Assembly: GCF_004010195.1 (NCBI RefSeq)
Contig: NC_057759.1
Span: 4,866,657-4,930,656 of the forward strand
DNA length: 64,000 bases
Origin: Chiloscyllium plagiosum
Lineage: Eukaryota
Direction of reading: 5' to 3'
The first letter of the stretch is position 1. The number at the start of each line of letters is the position of its first letter. This document shows, in pieces, positions 12,341-25,690 of the stretch. A program made the position numbers and the translations under genes. A model generated the notes under the pieces. It was not told the origin of the DNA. It worked only from the letters and a program-made list of their open reading frames with translations, and did not search any database.

Positions 12341-13352
12341 CTGCAGAACAATAATAACATGCATTTCTAATGAGTAAAACTTTAATTGAAGGCTTTCCCT
12401 CTTCATTACAGTTCATGCCTTTGGTTTCTCTGCCCAATGCAAAATTTGCAGTTGGTCGATTAATCAATGTTTCTCCTCCTCAAATCCTGATCACCATTAA
12501 CAAGGCACAATTCAAGAGCCAGGAGAGGGCATACTCCTTACTTGCCTGGATGGATGCAGCTCGAACAACACTCGGAAGCTCGACACCATCCAGGGAAAAA
12601 GCAGTTCCCGCACCACATCCATGAACATCCATTGCCCCCTCCACTGACACTCACTAGCACAATTGACAAGGTGTACTGCAGAAATTCACCAAAGATTTTA
12701 AGACAGCATCTTCCAAACCCATAGCCACCTCCATCCAGAAGGACACAGTATACAGATACACGAGAACAGCAGTCCCTGCAAATTCCACTCTGAACCACTC
12801 ACCATCCTGACTTGGAAATACAGCAGCTGCTCCTTCAGTGTTGCTGGGTCAAAATCATGGAATTCCTTCCCTCAGGGCATTGTGGGTCTATCTGCAGGAT
12901 GTCGACTGTGGTGGTTAAAGAAGGCTGCTCAGCATCACCTTCTCAAGTGGGCAACTAGGGTCAGTGACAATACATGATGGGTCCAGCCAGCGACGCCCGT
13001 GTCCCATTAGCAGAAATGATCTTCAGTGGGACTCCATCTCCACAAAGATTGTGTAGGGGTCACTGTTAGAGATATGGTCATGGGCAGATGCATCTGCAGC
13101 TGGCAAGTTGTTAAGGAATGTCAGGTTGTTTTTCCCTCATGTTGATTCCCACTCCACCTGCTGCAGACCCTGGCTAGCAGCTATGTTCTTTAAGACCCGA
13201 CCAGCTCGAATAGTAGTGCTGCTGCCGAGCCACTGTTAGTGGTGGACACTGAAATCCCCCACCCAGGTTAGATTTGTGCCCTTGTCGTCCTTAGTGTTTC
13301 GTCTAGTTTTCATTCAAAATGAAGGAATGCCGGTTCATCAGTTGAGGAAGGA

Positions 13353-13735
13353 CATTTTCATTGGAGAAAAGAAGGTTTAGGGGTGACTTGATAGAGGTGT
13401 ACAAGATGATTAGGCGTTTAGATAGGGTCGACAGTGAGAATCTTTTTCCACGTATGGAGTCAGCTATTACAAGGGAGCATAGCTTTAAATTAAGAAGTGG
13501 TAGGTATAGGACAGATGTTAGGGGTAGATTCTTTACTCAGCGAGTCGTGAGTTCATGGAATGCCTTGCCAGTAGCAGTGGTGGATTCTCCCTCTTTATGG
13601 GCATTTAAACGGGCATTGGATAGGTATATGGAGGATAGTGGGCTAGTGTAGGTTAGGTGGGCTTGGATCGGCGCAACATCGAGGGCCGAAGGGCCTGTAC
13701 TGCGCTGTATTCTTCTATGTTCTATGTTCTATGTT
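13353..13735 (+). mobile_element. 5'-truncated young CR1 LINE 3' end inserted in an older LINE remnant
   Basis: [12 protein letters not shown]...[14 protein letters not shown]; (ttctatg)n tail; near-identical to 57243-57590. Confidence 0.88.
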
Positions 13736-14981
13736 TGATCTGAAACCATAAGAACTCATATTGTCCGGAGTCAATGTTGATGACTCATAGGGTAACTCCC
13801 TCTGCACTGTATCTCACTGTGCAGGATGTGTCTTGCTGTGGGAGAGGACATATCCAGGTATGGCGATGGTGGTTTCTGGGACATTGTCTGCAAGTTATGA
13901 TTCAGTGAGTACAACGATGACTCTCCCAGTTTTGTCACTCGCCCCCAGATGGTAGTGAGGAGGTCTCTGCAGGTTCGACAGGGCTGTTTCTGCCATTGTC
14001 TTTTCTGGTTTCTAGTTTGAGACCATGTAATCCGTCTGGTTTAGGTACTTTTTTGATACTTCATAGCAATGGAAATAACGGACTTGCTTTCTCGGCCATT
14101 TGAAAGGTCAGTTAAAGGTCAACCCTGATAAATAGTTGCAGGACTCGACATGTTAACGCTGTTTCTCTCTGTCTCCACAGATACTATCAGACCTACTGAG
14201 TTCATCAAGTACTTTTTGTGTTTACAACCTATAACGTTAACTCTGTTTCTCTCTCCATGGATGATGGTGGACCTGCTGAGTTTCCCCCAGTAATTTCTTT
14301 GTATATAAGCTGTAACGTTAATTCTGTTCCTCTCACTCTCTCTGCCTCTCTCTCTGTCTCCTCACTGACCTGCTAAAACGTTGAAATTTGGCATGTCTGC
14401 TTTCTTGTCCTGTTTAATATGAGACAAGAAATCTCAAACAGAATTGATTCATTCTCTACGAGCAGTATTGCCAAGTGAGTATTGGCAAAGATTCCCAACT
14501 TCCCAAAGTGTCTGTAATCTACTTAAGGAAAAGGCAGCGGTGGGGGGGAGGGGGGGAGTGGTGGTTGTTGGTGTCAAGGTCAATGAGATTCACGTTCGCA
14601 GTAACAGCTGATACAGAATACAGATTTCTGTTGATTTTGAATGTTTGAAAAGGAACGTGTCATTAGAACATTGCTCAGTTCCAGATCATGGCAAATTCAC
14701 CACAGTCTTATCAGATCATTGGGCTGTTCTCCCATTAAAGAGAGATGACTGAGTAGTGGTTTAACCAGACGGTCACCAGTCCTCAGGAGACGGGAGAGGT
14801 TGAGAAGGAGAGTCTTTCACGGTAACATCAGTTGGTGTGGGAACTGAATCCTCGCTGTTGGCGTTCCAACTTATTACAAAGCAGCTTTCAAAGCTCCAAT
14901 AAACTCCATCCTCTGTCTGAGGCAGGAATAGGAGCTGAACTGGAAAAGGGGGTAATTACAACTCAAATAGTCTTAACTCAC

Positions 14982-16302
14982 ACCCAAACCCAACATCACT
15001 GAAGCCGAAGATACTGATTTATCGCAAAGATTTATCTTATGAAAAATGATTGAGCAGTTTAGGCCGATACTCTCTTAAGTTTAGAGAAATGAGGGGAGAT
15101 CTAACTGGAAGATATAGGATGCTAAAGAGGGGTTGACAAAGGAAATGGAGAGAGGATGCTTCCTCATGTGTGACAATCTAGAACGAGAGGTTATCGTTTC
15201 AGGAGCAGGGGTTAGGACAGTGAGAATAGAGATTGGCTTCTGTCAAAGGGAGTCGTGAATCTATGGGAATATACCCCAACCCAGAGTGAGTGGGGTATAC
15301 TGAGACACAGAATAAACTGAAGGAGGATATAGATTTTTAATCAGTGACAGGTTAAAGGAAGCGAGGGCAAGAAAATGGAGTTGAGACAGAGATGGAATTA
15401 GCTGCCATTGTGTGTATTGGGTGAGCAGGCTCCCATGAGGTCGAAATGACCAGCTTTTTGTAGCCCTTATAACAGTGGAGAATTTCCACGCGATGTGAGA
15501 ACTGAGGGACAATGCCAATAGCAAATACAATCAATCTCCAACACTGAGGATTCGGAGGGACACACAATCCCTAAAATGTAGAAGCAAGCCATTCAACCCA
15601 CCAACTTCACACCAACCTTCTGAATGGCATCATGCCCACACCAATCTCCCCACCCTACCCCTATAACCCTGCACTTACTATGGCTAATCCAGCTAACCTA
15701 CACATCTCTGAACACAATGGGCAATTTCCCATGGCTAATCCACCTAACCTGATTTGGAGATGCTGGTGTTGGACTGGAGTGTACAAACTTAAATATCACA
15801 CAATACCAGGTCCAACACGTTTATTTGGAAGCACATTAGCTTTCAGAGCGATGCTCCTTCATCAGGTGATAATCTGCACATCTTTAGCTTTTGGAAGGAA
15901 ACAGAAGCACCCATTCAGACACGGAGAGAATGTACAAATCCCACACAGACCATCATCCGAGGATGTGATTGAACCCGGGTCCCTGGAGCTGTGAGACAGC
16001 AATGTTAACCAACAGGTCAACGCGCCAACCTTCACGTGTGATCTGCCACTAAATGGTTGATATGTGGCCTAAATCCATAGAATGCCTTTCGCCCCTACCT
16101 TAGTGAAGGTAATTTCTCTCAGAAAACTAACGTCTGACCCAGCCTTCACAGTTGTTTGTTGGCGACAGGAAAAATCCTCTCCCTTCCTTTGTGTGTAAAT
16201 GGTGCAATGTAACTTTTCAATGTACCGTGTACATTCAGAAACTCTTCTTACTGTTAAAAGAAGAGAGAGAGAATTTACCATCAGTTCTACAAAGGTTCTC
16301 AT
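14982..16302 (-). pseudogene. Gene B candidate split leader exons (16302-16279 MRTFVELM|gtaaat; 15013-~14982 (V)SSASVMLGLG)
   Basis: ATG-initiated mini-exon plus a ~30-nt AG/GT-flanked mini-exon upstream of the D1-like exon, resembling the two-exon leader of FcR-family genes; phases do not match perfectly. Confidence 0.3.
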
Positions 16303-16601
16303 TTTCGATTGTAAACTCTGTGAGATGATGCACATACCTGTGCGATCATATGTCATTTGGTTGAAGAGCAACCTGCTGTTTGAAATTCTGCAGCCACGGG
16401 TTTGGGGGCAGCATTTATGTTTGTCAAAGGGGTGCACCGTTGGTTTTTATCCTGAGTTTGTACGTTTGCGTTAGAAGCACCGCAGCCCGCGAGAAAATGA
16501 TGCATTGCATTTCAGGGACGCAACAGACTGATTTCCAAATGGAAAGCTGAGTTCAGAACGTCAGAATAGAAACCAGGGAGTACTTTACAATGGAGAATAG
16601 A

Positions 16602-16620
16602 AGAGGAAGTGGGAAATTTT
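16602..16620. promoter_or_regulatory. Candidate PU.1/Ets site (AGAGGAAGTG) abutting an NF-kB-like GGGAAATTTT
   Basis: Motif match about 300 bp upstream of the candidate gene B ATG; short motifs may occur by chance. Confidence 0.25.
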
Positions 16621-19600
16621 AACGCAGAAGTGATAGGGAAGGGTCACGGGGACAGAGCTTCATTGAATGGAGACGTCTGTTCAACCTGATCGGATGGAGA
16701 GCTCAGGGCATCTTATAGTGTCATAGGATCATCCAGTACAAGAAGAGGCTCTTCGGCCCATCTTGCCCATGCCAACCAGGTTTCCCAAATTAAAGTAGTC
16801 CCACCTGCCTGCATTTTGGCCCTCTAAACCATTCCAATCCATGTTCTTGTCCAAATAGGTTTTAAATGTTGTAATTGTATATGTCTCTACCAATTCCCCC
16901 AGTAGCTTGTTCCTTATATGCACCACCCTCTCTTTGAAAAAGTTCCCCCTCAGGTACCTTTTAACCTTTCGTTCTCTGAAACTAAACTGATGCCCTCTAG
17001 TTTTTGATCAAGGCAATATAGAAATCGGGTGACAGTACGTGATAAAGAATGTACACTTCATTACAATAGACTCTGACATGAAAGGAGAAGCCCTTCGACG
17101 CATCCAGACTGTACCTACCAACACTAAAGAATGTTCCCAATCACGGGTGGGGATGAACAGAACGGGGGGGTGTCACAGTCTAAAGGAGACAGGGTAGGAC
17201 TGAGATGGGGAGAAACGTATTCACCCAGATAGTCGGGAACCTGTAGAGTTCTCTGCCACAGAAAACATTCAGGGCCAGAACATGAAAGTGCCCCCTCCTC
17301 TCTCTCTTCTCAGTCCTGTCACCATCCCTTTCTCCCTCTCAATTCTGCCTCTACCCTTTTCTGCCCTCAATTCTACCCTCATCTCTCTCTCCCTCAATCC
17401 TGCCCTCTCTCTCTATGTGTCTCACCCTACTCTGCTCTCTTACAAACATTTTAACCTCAAGCTCGAACACACAAAACAATCTGAATTATTTTAGCTCCTC
17501 CTGGCATTGGCATCTCATTAATCCTAGAGACAAGCACACACAATGTTTCATTTAGATGTAAACCTGTAACAACTTCATACAGAAAACAAGCAGGCAAAAC
17601 ACCTTGCAATGCATCATCGAATGGAATCCAAACATAATGTCGACCTCTCTCTCTCTGGGAGGGTAAATCCTTCAGGGACGCAAATAATTTCTCCTCCGGA
17701 CTTCCTGATAAACGAAGTAAATGGGTTTGTGACTTCATTGAGCAGGGAATGAGGCAACTCTGTCCATCTACCAGCGCCGGATACTTGAAACCTGCGACTA
17801 TCCATCTCCCTGAATCGGTTGCAAACTGGTTTCTCCCCACCTTCCTCTTTTCTCATAATTTTCTTCCTTTAACTATGGCGAGTAAAGGGAACTCAGCAAA
17901 CGTACAGTCATACAGCACGGAAACAGACCCTTTTTCCTAGGCACAACTAGTCCATGCTGACCAGGTTTCCCAAACTGAACTAGACCCGTTTGCTTGCGAT
18001 TGGGCCCTATCCTGTTCAACCTGTCTAATCGAATCCAATATAATCCAGTACAAATTTCTTTTAAATGTTATAATTTTAGATAATGCTATCACTTTCTCTG
18101 GCAATTCATTCCAAAAATGCACCACCATTTGTGAGAAAAAAAGGTACTTCTCAGAACCCTTTTAAATTTTTCCCATCTCACCTTAAACCAATGCTCTCTC
18201 GCTTTGGACTTCCGTCGCCTGGGGTAAAGACTTTGGATATTCACCCTATCCATGTCCCTCCTGATCTTAGAAACTTTTATAAGGTTATCCCTCAGCCTCA
18301 TAAACTCCAGTGTTAAGAAGTCCCAGCCTATCCAGCCTCAACCTACAACTCAAACTCTCCAGTCCTTGTCAATCTTTATTGCACCCTTTCCAGTTTAATA
18401 ACGTCCATCCTGTAGCATCTCAGGCATTGCTAGTTCATTCATTGGAGGAGTTGTCACCAGGATCAATCTCTCCAATCGATTCATCGAAGAGAGTGAATTG
18501 CCTCCAGTTTTCCCTCCCTTTCTCTCCCATCAGAAAGCCAAACAAACATGTCTGACGTCTGCTCAGCCTTTCCAAAGGGTACATAACCCTGAAGGGATTG
18601 AGCCCCACTCCTCCCACTCTAGTAACCAGGGAGACAATCTAAAGGGGGAGATCAGGATCTGGCTTCTGTACTTTGGTCTGCAGCTCTGAATCATCAGCTG
18701 TGGGGTCACAGGGAAATTCTAGCGGCGTCTGTGGGATGACCTTGGGCTAGAGGGAACAGGAAATGATGCTAACCACCCAGAGACAAATCTAATGGACTGC
18801 CTACAACTGATACACAAAGAAAGGGGAACTAAGCCTCATCAGTTGACACAGCGAGCTCCTTATCTGACAGAAGCACTTGCTAGCAAGGCAAAAGGATTGA
18901 AGTGGAGTCAACACACTCTTAAATGATACTCTCTCTCTCTCTCTGCACAGATGTTGCCAGACCTGCTGGGTTTCTGCACCATGTTGTGTTTATAACCTAT
19001 GATATAACTTTGTTTTATCTCTCTCTCTCTCTCGTTCCCTCTCTCTCTCCAGCGATGCCTCCAGTTCTGCTGAGTTTCTCCAGTGCTCTCTGCGTTGGTT
19101 TCAGATCTCCAGAATCCTGCACTATGTTGCTTTTGGAACCTGACAAAGTGTATTCTTTGTATCAGACGACAGTGGCCCCGCTCCTGGTGAAAGTGTGTCC
19201 GCTGCAGTTCAAGCAAAGAAGAAAGGGGGGGGGGGCTGAAACACAAGTCAAATTAACTTTGCATTCCTCTGTCAGAATGGAAACACAGGATTATGTAACT
19301 ACACCTTATCAGAATGGGGTCCATACAACTATAGGACTAGGAGTAAGCCATTCAGCCCATCGAGTCTGTTCTGCCATTCAAAGACATTTTAACTGATCTG
19401 ATCATCCTCAACTCCACTTTGCTACCTTTCCGCTCGATTCCCTTTCTGATTAAAAATCTCTCTAGCTCAGCCTTGACTATCCTGAAAGACCCAGCCTTGA
19501 CAGCCCTCTGTGGTAAAGAATTCCACAGATTCAATTCCTTCTGAAAGAAGAAATTCCCCTTTATCTCTGTTTTCAATGAGCGACCACTCCCTTGTTCGTA

Positions 19601-20649
19601 GATGATGTCCCTCTGGTCCCATGTTCTCCCCCACAAGGGGAAACAACTTCTCTCCACATCTCCCCTGTCAAATACTTCTAAAAATTATCAATAAGGTCAC
19701 CTCTCATTCTTCTAAACTCCAATGAGGACAGGCTCAATCTACCCAACTTCTCATCGTCAGACAGTCCGTCCATACCCGGGATCAGCTGAGTAAAATTTCT
19801 ATGGACTGCCTTCAATGCCCAATCTGTCTTTCCGATAGGAATCCCCAAAACTATTCAGTCTCCAAGCTGTGGTCTGACTGGTGCCTTGCATCATCTTTAA
19901 GCAAAATATCCGAACGTTTATTCTCCATTCCCTTTGAAATAATGGCTGCTTGCTTTCCCTATAACCTGCTGAACGTTGATGCCTTTGTTTGTTATTCACT
20001 GGCAATGACTTCCCGATCCCTTTGAAAAGGAAATTCTCCATGGGAGTGTGTTTGAACTTTGTCAGAAGTTGCTTCAACCTCTGGAATCTAAGCAACACCA
20101 GAATCGTAAGAAAAACGTTTCTCAACTGCTTGAGGACTTCAAAGAATCTCTGTACATTTGCTAAGTGCAGCTGGTGTTTTTGAAGGTGTTTCTCATGTAC
20201 CACAACATCATACAGCATTGTATATTATCACTGTATGATTTGGGATCTCCAGTGGGCAGATTTTATGCTAGTCCTACGCGATATCTTCTCCCTGAAGAAC
20301 AAAATAATCGAGTTCCCTCCCCTCTGTAAAATCATAATTCACCACAAATCTGCATTAGCTGTCACTTTTTTCTATTCCTGCCTCGATTCAATTCTCCTTT
20401 TCTATTTATGTTTAAAACAAACATTTGCTCTTCCCTTTTCTGTTGACTTGTTAAAAATTTTGGTAATCTGTTCACCACACTCTCTTTGCAACTTATCCAT
20501 TGGCTGTTACTATACCCTCTGTTTTCTGTACTTGGAAAGTTTAACTGTTTACTGCACAGCAAGTCAATTTTCACCCTCATTTCCAGTGGTTGTATGTCCA
20601 ATTGGGCTGTTTCTGATAAAAGTCATGGAATGGCTTTGTGAATGAATAG

Positions 20650-21475
20650 CAAGTGTATGAGAGAGGGTGTGTGAGAAAGAGTGGAGTGAGAAAGAGCACA
20701 GACTTCTGACAGAGGGTCTGTGTGTGGGTGGGTGGGTGTGAGATTGTGTGTGAGACTGTGTGTGTTTGAGAGAGAGTGTGTGTGGCAGAGTATGTATATG
20801 CGTGAGAGAGTGTGTGAGACTGAGTGTGTCTGTGTGAGAGTGTAGGTGAGACTGGAAGAGAGAGTTGATGAGAGTAAGCGTGTGTATGTGCGTGTAAGGG
20901 TGAGAGGGAGACTTTGTGGGAGGAAATAATGGGTGAGTGTATGTGTATGAGAGAGACAGCGTGTTGTGTGGGTGGGAAAGAGTTTGTGTGCGAGACAGTG
21001 TGTGTTTATGGGTGAGAGAGTGTGCGCGACAGAGAGGGAGAGACTGTGTGTGTGATAGGGAAAAATAGTGGGTTAGAGATAGTATGTGTAAGTGAGAGAG
21101 AGTGTGTGTGTGAGACAGTGTGCGTGTGAGAGAGCGAGTGTGAGAGAATGTGTGTGAGAGAGTGTATAAGAGAGAGTGTGTGAGACAAAATNNNNNNNNN
21201 NNNNNNNNNNNNNNNNNNNNNNNNNNNNNNNNNNNNNNNNNNNNNNNNNNNNNNNNNNNNNNNNNNNNNNNNNNNNNNNNNNNNNNNNNNNNNNNNNNNN
21301 NNNNNNNNNNNNNNNNNNNNNNNNNNNNNNNNNNNNNNNNNNNNNNNNNNNNNNNNNNNNNNNNNNNNNNNNNNNNNNNNNNNNNNNNNNNNNNNNNNNN
21401 NNNNNNNNNNNNGAGAGAGAGAGAGAGAAAGAGATAGAGAGAGAGAGAGACAGAGTGTGTGAGAGAGTAGAGACA
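20650..21475. repeat. Degenerate (GT)n/(GA)n microsatellite field with N gap 21192-21411
   Basis: Direct inspection. Confidence 0.9.
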
Positions 21476-24400
21476 AAGTGTTATGCAGTTCTAAAGCATG
21501 GAACAGTCCATCTGGGCCAAGATGCCAGTGGCGCCTAGTTTTTACAATTTAATCTAGTCCTATGTGCTTGTGTTTGAAATGACAAAACTACATTTCATCA
21601 CTACTACGGACAGCCTATTCCAGACACTGACCACCCTTTGTGTGAAAAAATTGCACCACTGGACTCTTTTGTATCTCTCCCCTCCCACCTTGACGAAACC
21701 ATCATCATCTTGTAGAAGGATATAGGTGTGCACTTGTGATGGCAAGGCTATATGCCAAGTGCTGGGGAAATGGGATTAGACAACAATGAGGTGCTTACTT
21801 TTGACCAGCACATATGTGAAGTGCTGATAGGCTATTGTTTGCGCTGTAGACTTCTACAACTCCGTGCCATTGACTCTTAACTATCCTCTCGGAAAATTAA
21901 GAATGGGGGCAATTAACGGTAACCCAGTCAATGATGCCCACGTCACATGAGCGAATGTAAAAGATTGTGATCTTATTTAATATGAATTGAGTTGAATTGA
22001 TGACCACATTCTCGTGGTTACTCAGGATTCGGCCTTTGGAGTCATGGAGAAGGGAAAGCATAGAAGGAGGACCTTCAGCCCATTGCCTCTGTGCTGGACA
22101 GTTTTGAGTGACAGTTCAATCTTGACTGCTCGATCTCTGCTTCAATTCATCAGCTCCTCCGCTGACAGCAACTGGCCTTCTGTGAAACATGTGACTGACA
22201 GTTGGGTCAAGTTGAACTCGAAAGGCAATGTGTCATATGAGTTTAGATTAGAGTGGTGCTGGAAAAGCACAGCAAGAAGGCTTTTGCCCGAAACTTCGAT
22301 TTTCTTGCATCTCGGATGCTGCCTGACCTGTTGTGCATTTCCAGCACCACTCTGATCTAAACTTTGGTTTCCAGCATCTGCAGTCCTGACTTTTGCCTCC
22401 TGTGTGATGTGAGGAAGCTCGGTGTGGAAATGACCGTGGGTAATGTCACCAAAGTGCTTCCCAGTCGCGGGTTAACATGGTGGGTGTTGTGAGTGTGTGC
22501 ACGCTAACTAGTCTGTGGTGTATGAGGCTACGCAACATAATTCCCATATTCTCTCCATCACAGTTACAACGCCAAGGTGATGGGGAACAGAAATGTTGTT
22601 TCTGTGTAACGTTACATCACCTGGCCGCAACAAATTATAGACACATCAAAAATAGGAGCAGGAATAGCCCCTTTCATCCTGCTCCCCTCTAGCCCCCCCC
22701 ATTGAAAAAGATGGAATTTGGATCCCTGGCGCTGCGAGGCAGCAGTGCTAACCATTGAGCCACCGTGCTGCCCATAATTAGAGGATAGATTGGGGTGTAA
22801 GGGAAACAGGAATGGGTAGAGCGGGGCTCAACAGAAATGGGAAGGTGATAGAGATGGGGAGGAGAGGAAATGCGAAAGGGTGATAGGTTGGAAGAGGCAA
22901 GGTTCAGAGGAGGGATCATTGAGGAGAAATGGGGAGGAGAATAGAGTTGCGGGAGATTGAGAGGATATGGGGTGGAAAGCGATGAAGTGGGGGAAGGGGG
23001 ATTGATTATCCCCCTTTCCTATTTCCCGTGCACCCCACTCTAGCCCCCTCCCCTGTTTGCCCCCCCACTCTACTCCCTTCCCCTGTTTCCTCTGCCTGCC
23101 CAACTCTATGCCAGTTTCGTGTTTTCCATGCCCCCCACTCTATTCCCCTCCCCTCATTTCCTTTCTCCCCAAACTATCCATATTCTATCCCCCTTAAGTC
23201 CACATGGCTTTGTAGAAAGGTCACTTGATCTGAAACATTAATTCTGGTTTCTCTCCACAGATGCGACCAGACCTGCTGAGCTTTTCAAGCAATTGCTGTT
23301 TTTATTTCTGATTTACCGCATTCACAATTCTTTTAGTTTTCATTCTCTGATAATCATCTCATATCGCATTAATAGAGTTGCACCAGCTTATCTTTATTTA
23401 ATAAAGAAAATCTCCCAATATGTTATGTACTGTAATTTTGTTCATCACTGAAAACGGAATTATTCTGTACAAAAGCAAAGGCCACCAAGACAGATGCAGT
23501 TTAGTGTCGGCGTGAGGTTAGCTAATTTGGGAGCAAGGACAGGAAGATGGATTATTATCTGAATGGTGATGGATTGGGAAAAGAGAATTGAGGACTGGAG
23601 TTGGGATGTCATGTTACGGCTGTTCAAGACATTGAGCAGGACATATTTGGAGTATTGCATACAATTCTCCTCACCCTACTGTTATTAAATTGGAAAGGGT
23701 GCAGGAAAAGTTTACAAGGATGTTATCAAGGCTCATGGGTTTGAATAATAAGGGGAGGCTGGATAGCCTGAGAAGATTTTTTCTCTGGAGGGTCAGAGTC
23801 TGAGGGGTGGGCCCCATAGAGGTTTATACAGTCATAAGGGGCATGCATAAGATGAATAGCCAAGGTCTTCATGCCAGGGTTGGAAAGTGGAAATGAGGGC
23901 ATAGATTTTAGATGACATTGGAGAGATTTAAAACAGACCTTCGGGGCAATTTACCACGCTGCGTTTGGTGCATATACGGAACAAGCAGCCACGGGAAGTG
24001 GATACAGTTACAATATTTTAAAAGAATTTGACGGGCACATGGATAGGAAAGGTTTCGAGAAATGCGGGTCAAATGCACGCAAGTAGGGATGGTTCCATTT
24101 CGGAAGCCTGGTCAGCATGGATGAGTTGGGCTGAAGTTTCTGTTTCTTTGCTATATGACTCTATGATGCTGTAATTAGCGGCATGCATACTGTCCTTGCC
24201 AGCAATGCCTTACATCCTTTGCATGAACGAAGGGCCGTGATGTTTAAAAACTGATAGCCCGAGTCTTTGCTTGGTCTAATGCTCAACAATTCATCGACAT
24301 AGCCCTGCTGTTCTGTTGAAAGACACATGGGACCTATTGACCAGAACCTTCCACTTTCACACTGTCATTGCCCCTGATGGTGTTTATCAGTTTGCAATCA

Positions 24401-25690
24401 GATCTGCTCCTTTTCTGATGGAGAGCAGTTTTCAGATCATTACGAGGACGGTATTAAAATATTAACATCTTCAACAAAGCCTGTATTAACATCAGACCGA
24501 GCCCTTATGTGGTGCCGTGGCAGTGTCCCTACCTCTGAACTGAGAGGTCAACTTTTCTTTTATTCACGGGATGAGGGCATCACTGGATAGATCAGCATTT
24601 ATTTTGCATCTCTAAATGCCAGAGGGAACTTAAGAATCAACCGCATTGTTGTAGACCTGGTGTCACAAGTAGGCCTGAAGAGGTAAGAATGGCAATTCTG
24701 TTCGCTAAAGGACATTAATGAACCAGATGGGTTTTACTGACAATCGATTCACTATGACAATCAGTCTCTTAAGTCCAGAATTTTTTTTGAGTTCAAAATC
24801 CAATATCTACCATGCTGGTATTCAAACCCTAGTCCGCAGATTATTACTGGGGTCTCTGGATTGACAGTCCACAGATAACACCACCAGGCCATTGCTTCCT
24901 CATTCAAAGTTCAAGTCTGTTGCTCTGGAGGTGTGTGATAACCCCACCTCCGTCAACATGGCGTTTCCAGAACATCTGCAGCGAGAGAAATCCCACACAT
25001 TCGCACAACAGTGTTTGGAATCTCAGAAAGCCAGATCAAAGCATCCGGCAGGGGTTTTGGATTGTTGAGAGATCTCTCCTCCATGGAGATTCCCAATCAG
25101 CCATGCTTCCTCCGTCCCGATCTTCAATGGCTTGCAGCTCAGTGCCCGTTCTGTCCGTGGGGCAAAAATTTGCAAGTTCGAGCCCCATGTCACAGGAAAT
25201 ATTCTCCCTGAAAAGTAACTATTAAAACTGCCTGGTTTCTGTTTTAGTATCTCCCTCCTGTCAGAACTGTCTGACAATTTCTGTTCGAAGTTCTGTTCTA
25301 GTCAGTATGGGACAGATTCCTGATCGTCCATTCATTGAAGGGGCCAGACGTATTCTTCCCCTTAAACGTCAACCAAATGAAAAGCTTAATCCTCAGATAT
25401 GTACATGAGAGCGAAGGAGATGCAGGTATTAAATATCCAAAGACAACTAGCAGCCAAAAGAGTTTAGTAAATTCAAAACCCAGTGGTGTACAGAATTGAT
25501 TAATGGTCACACTGACGTGAAAGGAGCTTCCCCAGAAGAAAATAAGTGGAGTCAAAATGCATTGCGAAAAATGGTGTCCATCATAAAGTTAAGAAGTTTG
25601 TTATCTGTACACAGGAATTACATTGTACCGCTTTATCAACCGGTGTATAGAACCGAATGAACACCCCCACTCCATCTGACTTCTTGTTTA

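Larger units (their letters stand above)
4304..16302 (-). pseudogene. Gene B: unprocessed pseudogene paralogous to gene A (5 Ig pseudo-exons, TM remnant, putative leader exons)
   Basis: Collinear exon remnants homologous to gene A D1, D2, D4/5, D7 and D8, each with stops, frameshifts or lost cysteines; one donor mutated. The outer limits (leader and tail) are tentative. Confidence 0.82.

Noticed and set aside
14370..14409. AG/GT-flanked mini-exon (DKKADMPNFNVLA) as a gene B leader exon
   Set aside because: Not hydrophobic, and the donor coincides with the ubiquitous 'cagcaggtc' repeat-terminus motif; it cannot be supported.
19799..20645. ORFs of 136-139 aa as host genes
   Set aside because: No recognisable domain or splice-consistent structure; they partly overlap decayed CR1 sequence, and many track ORFs use non-ATG starts.
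21006..21538. ORFs spanning N runs (also 1337-2130 and 44811-45068)
   Set aside because: Their lengths are inflated by assembly gaps and microsatellite or homopolymer sequence.
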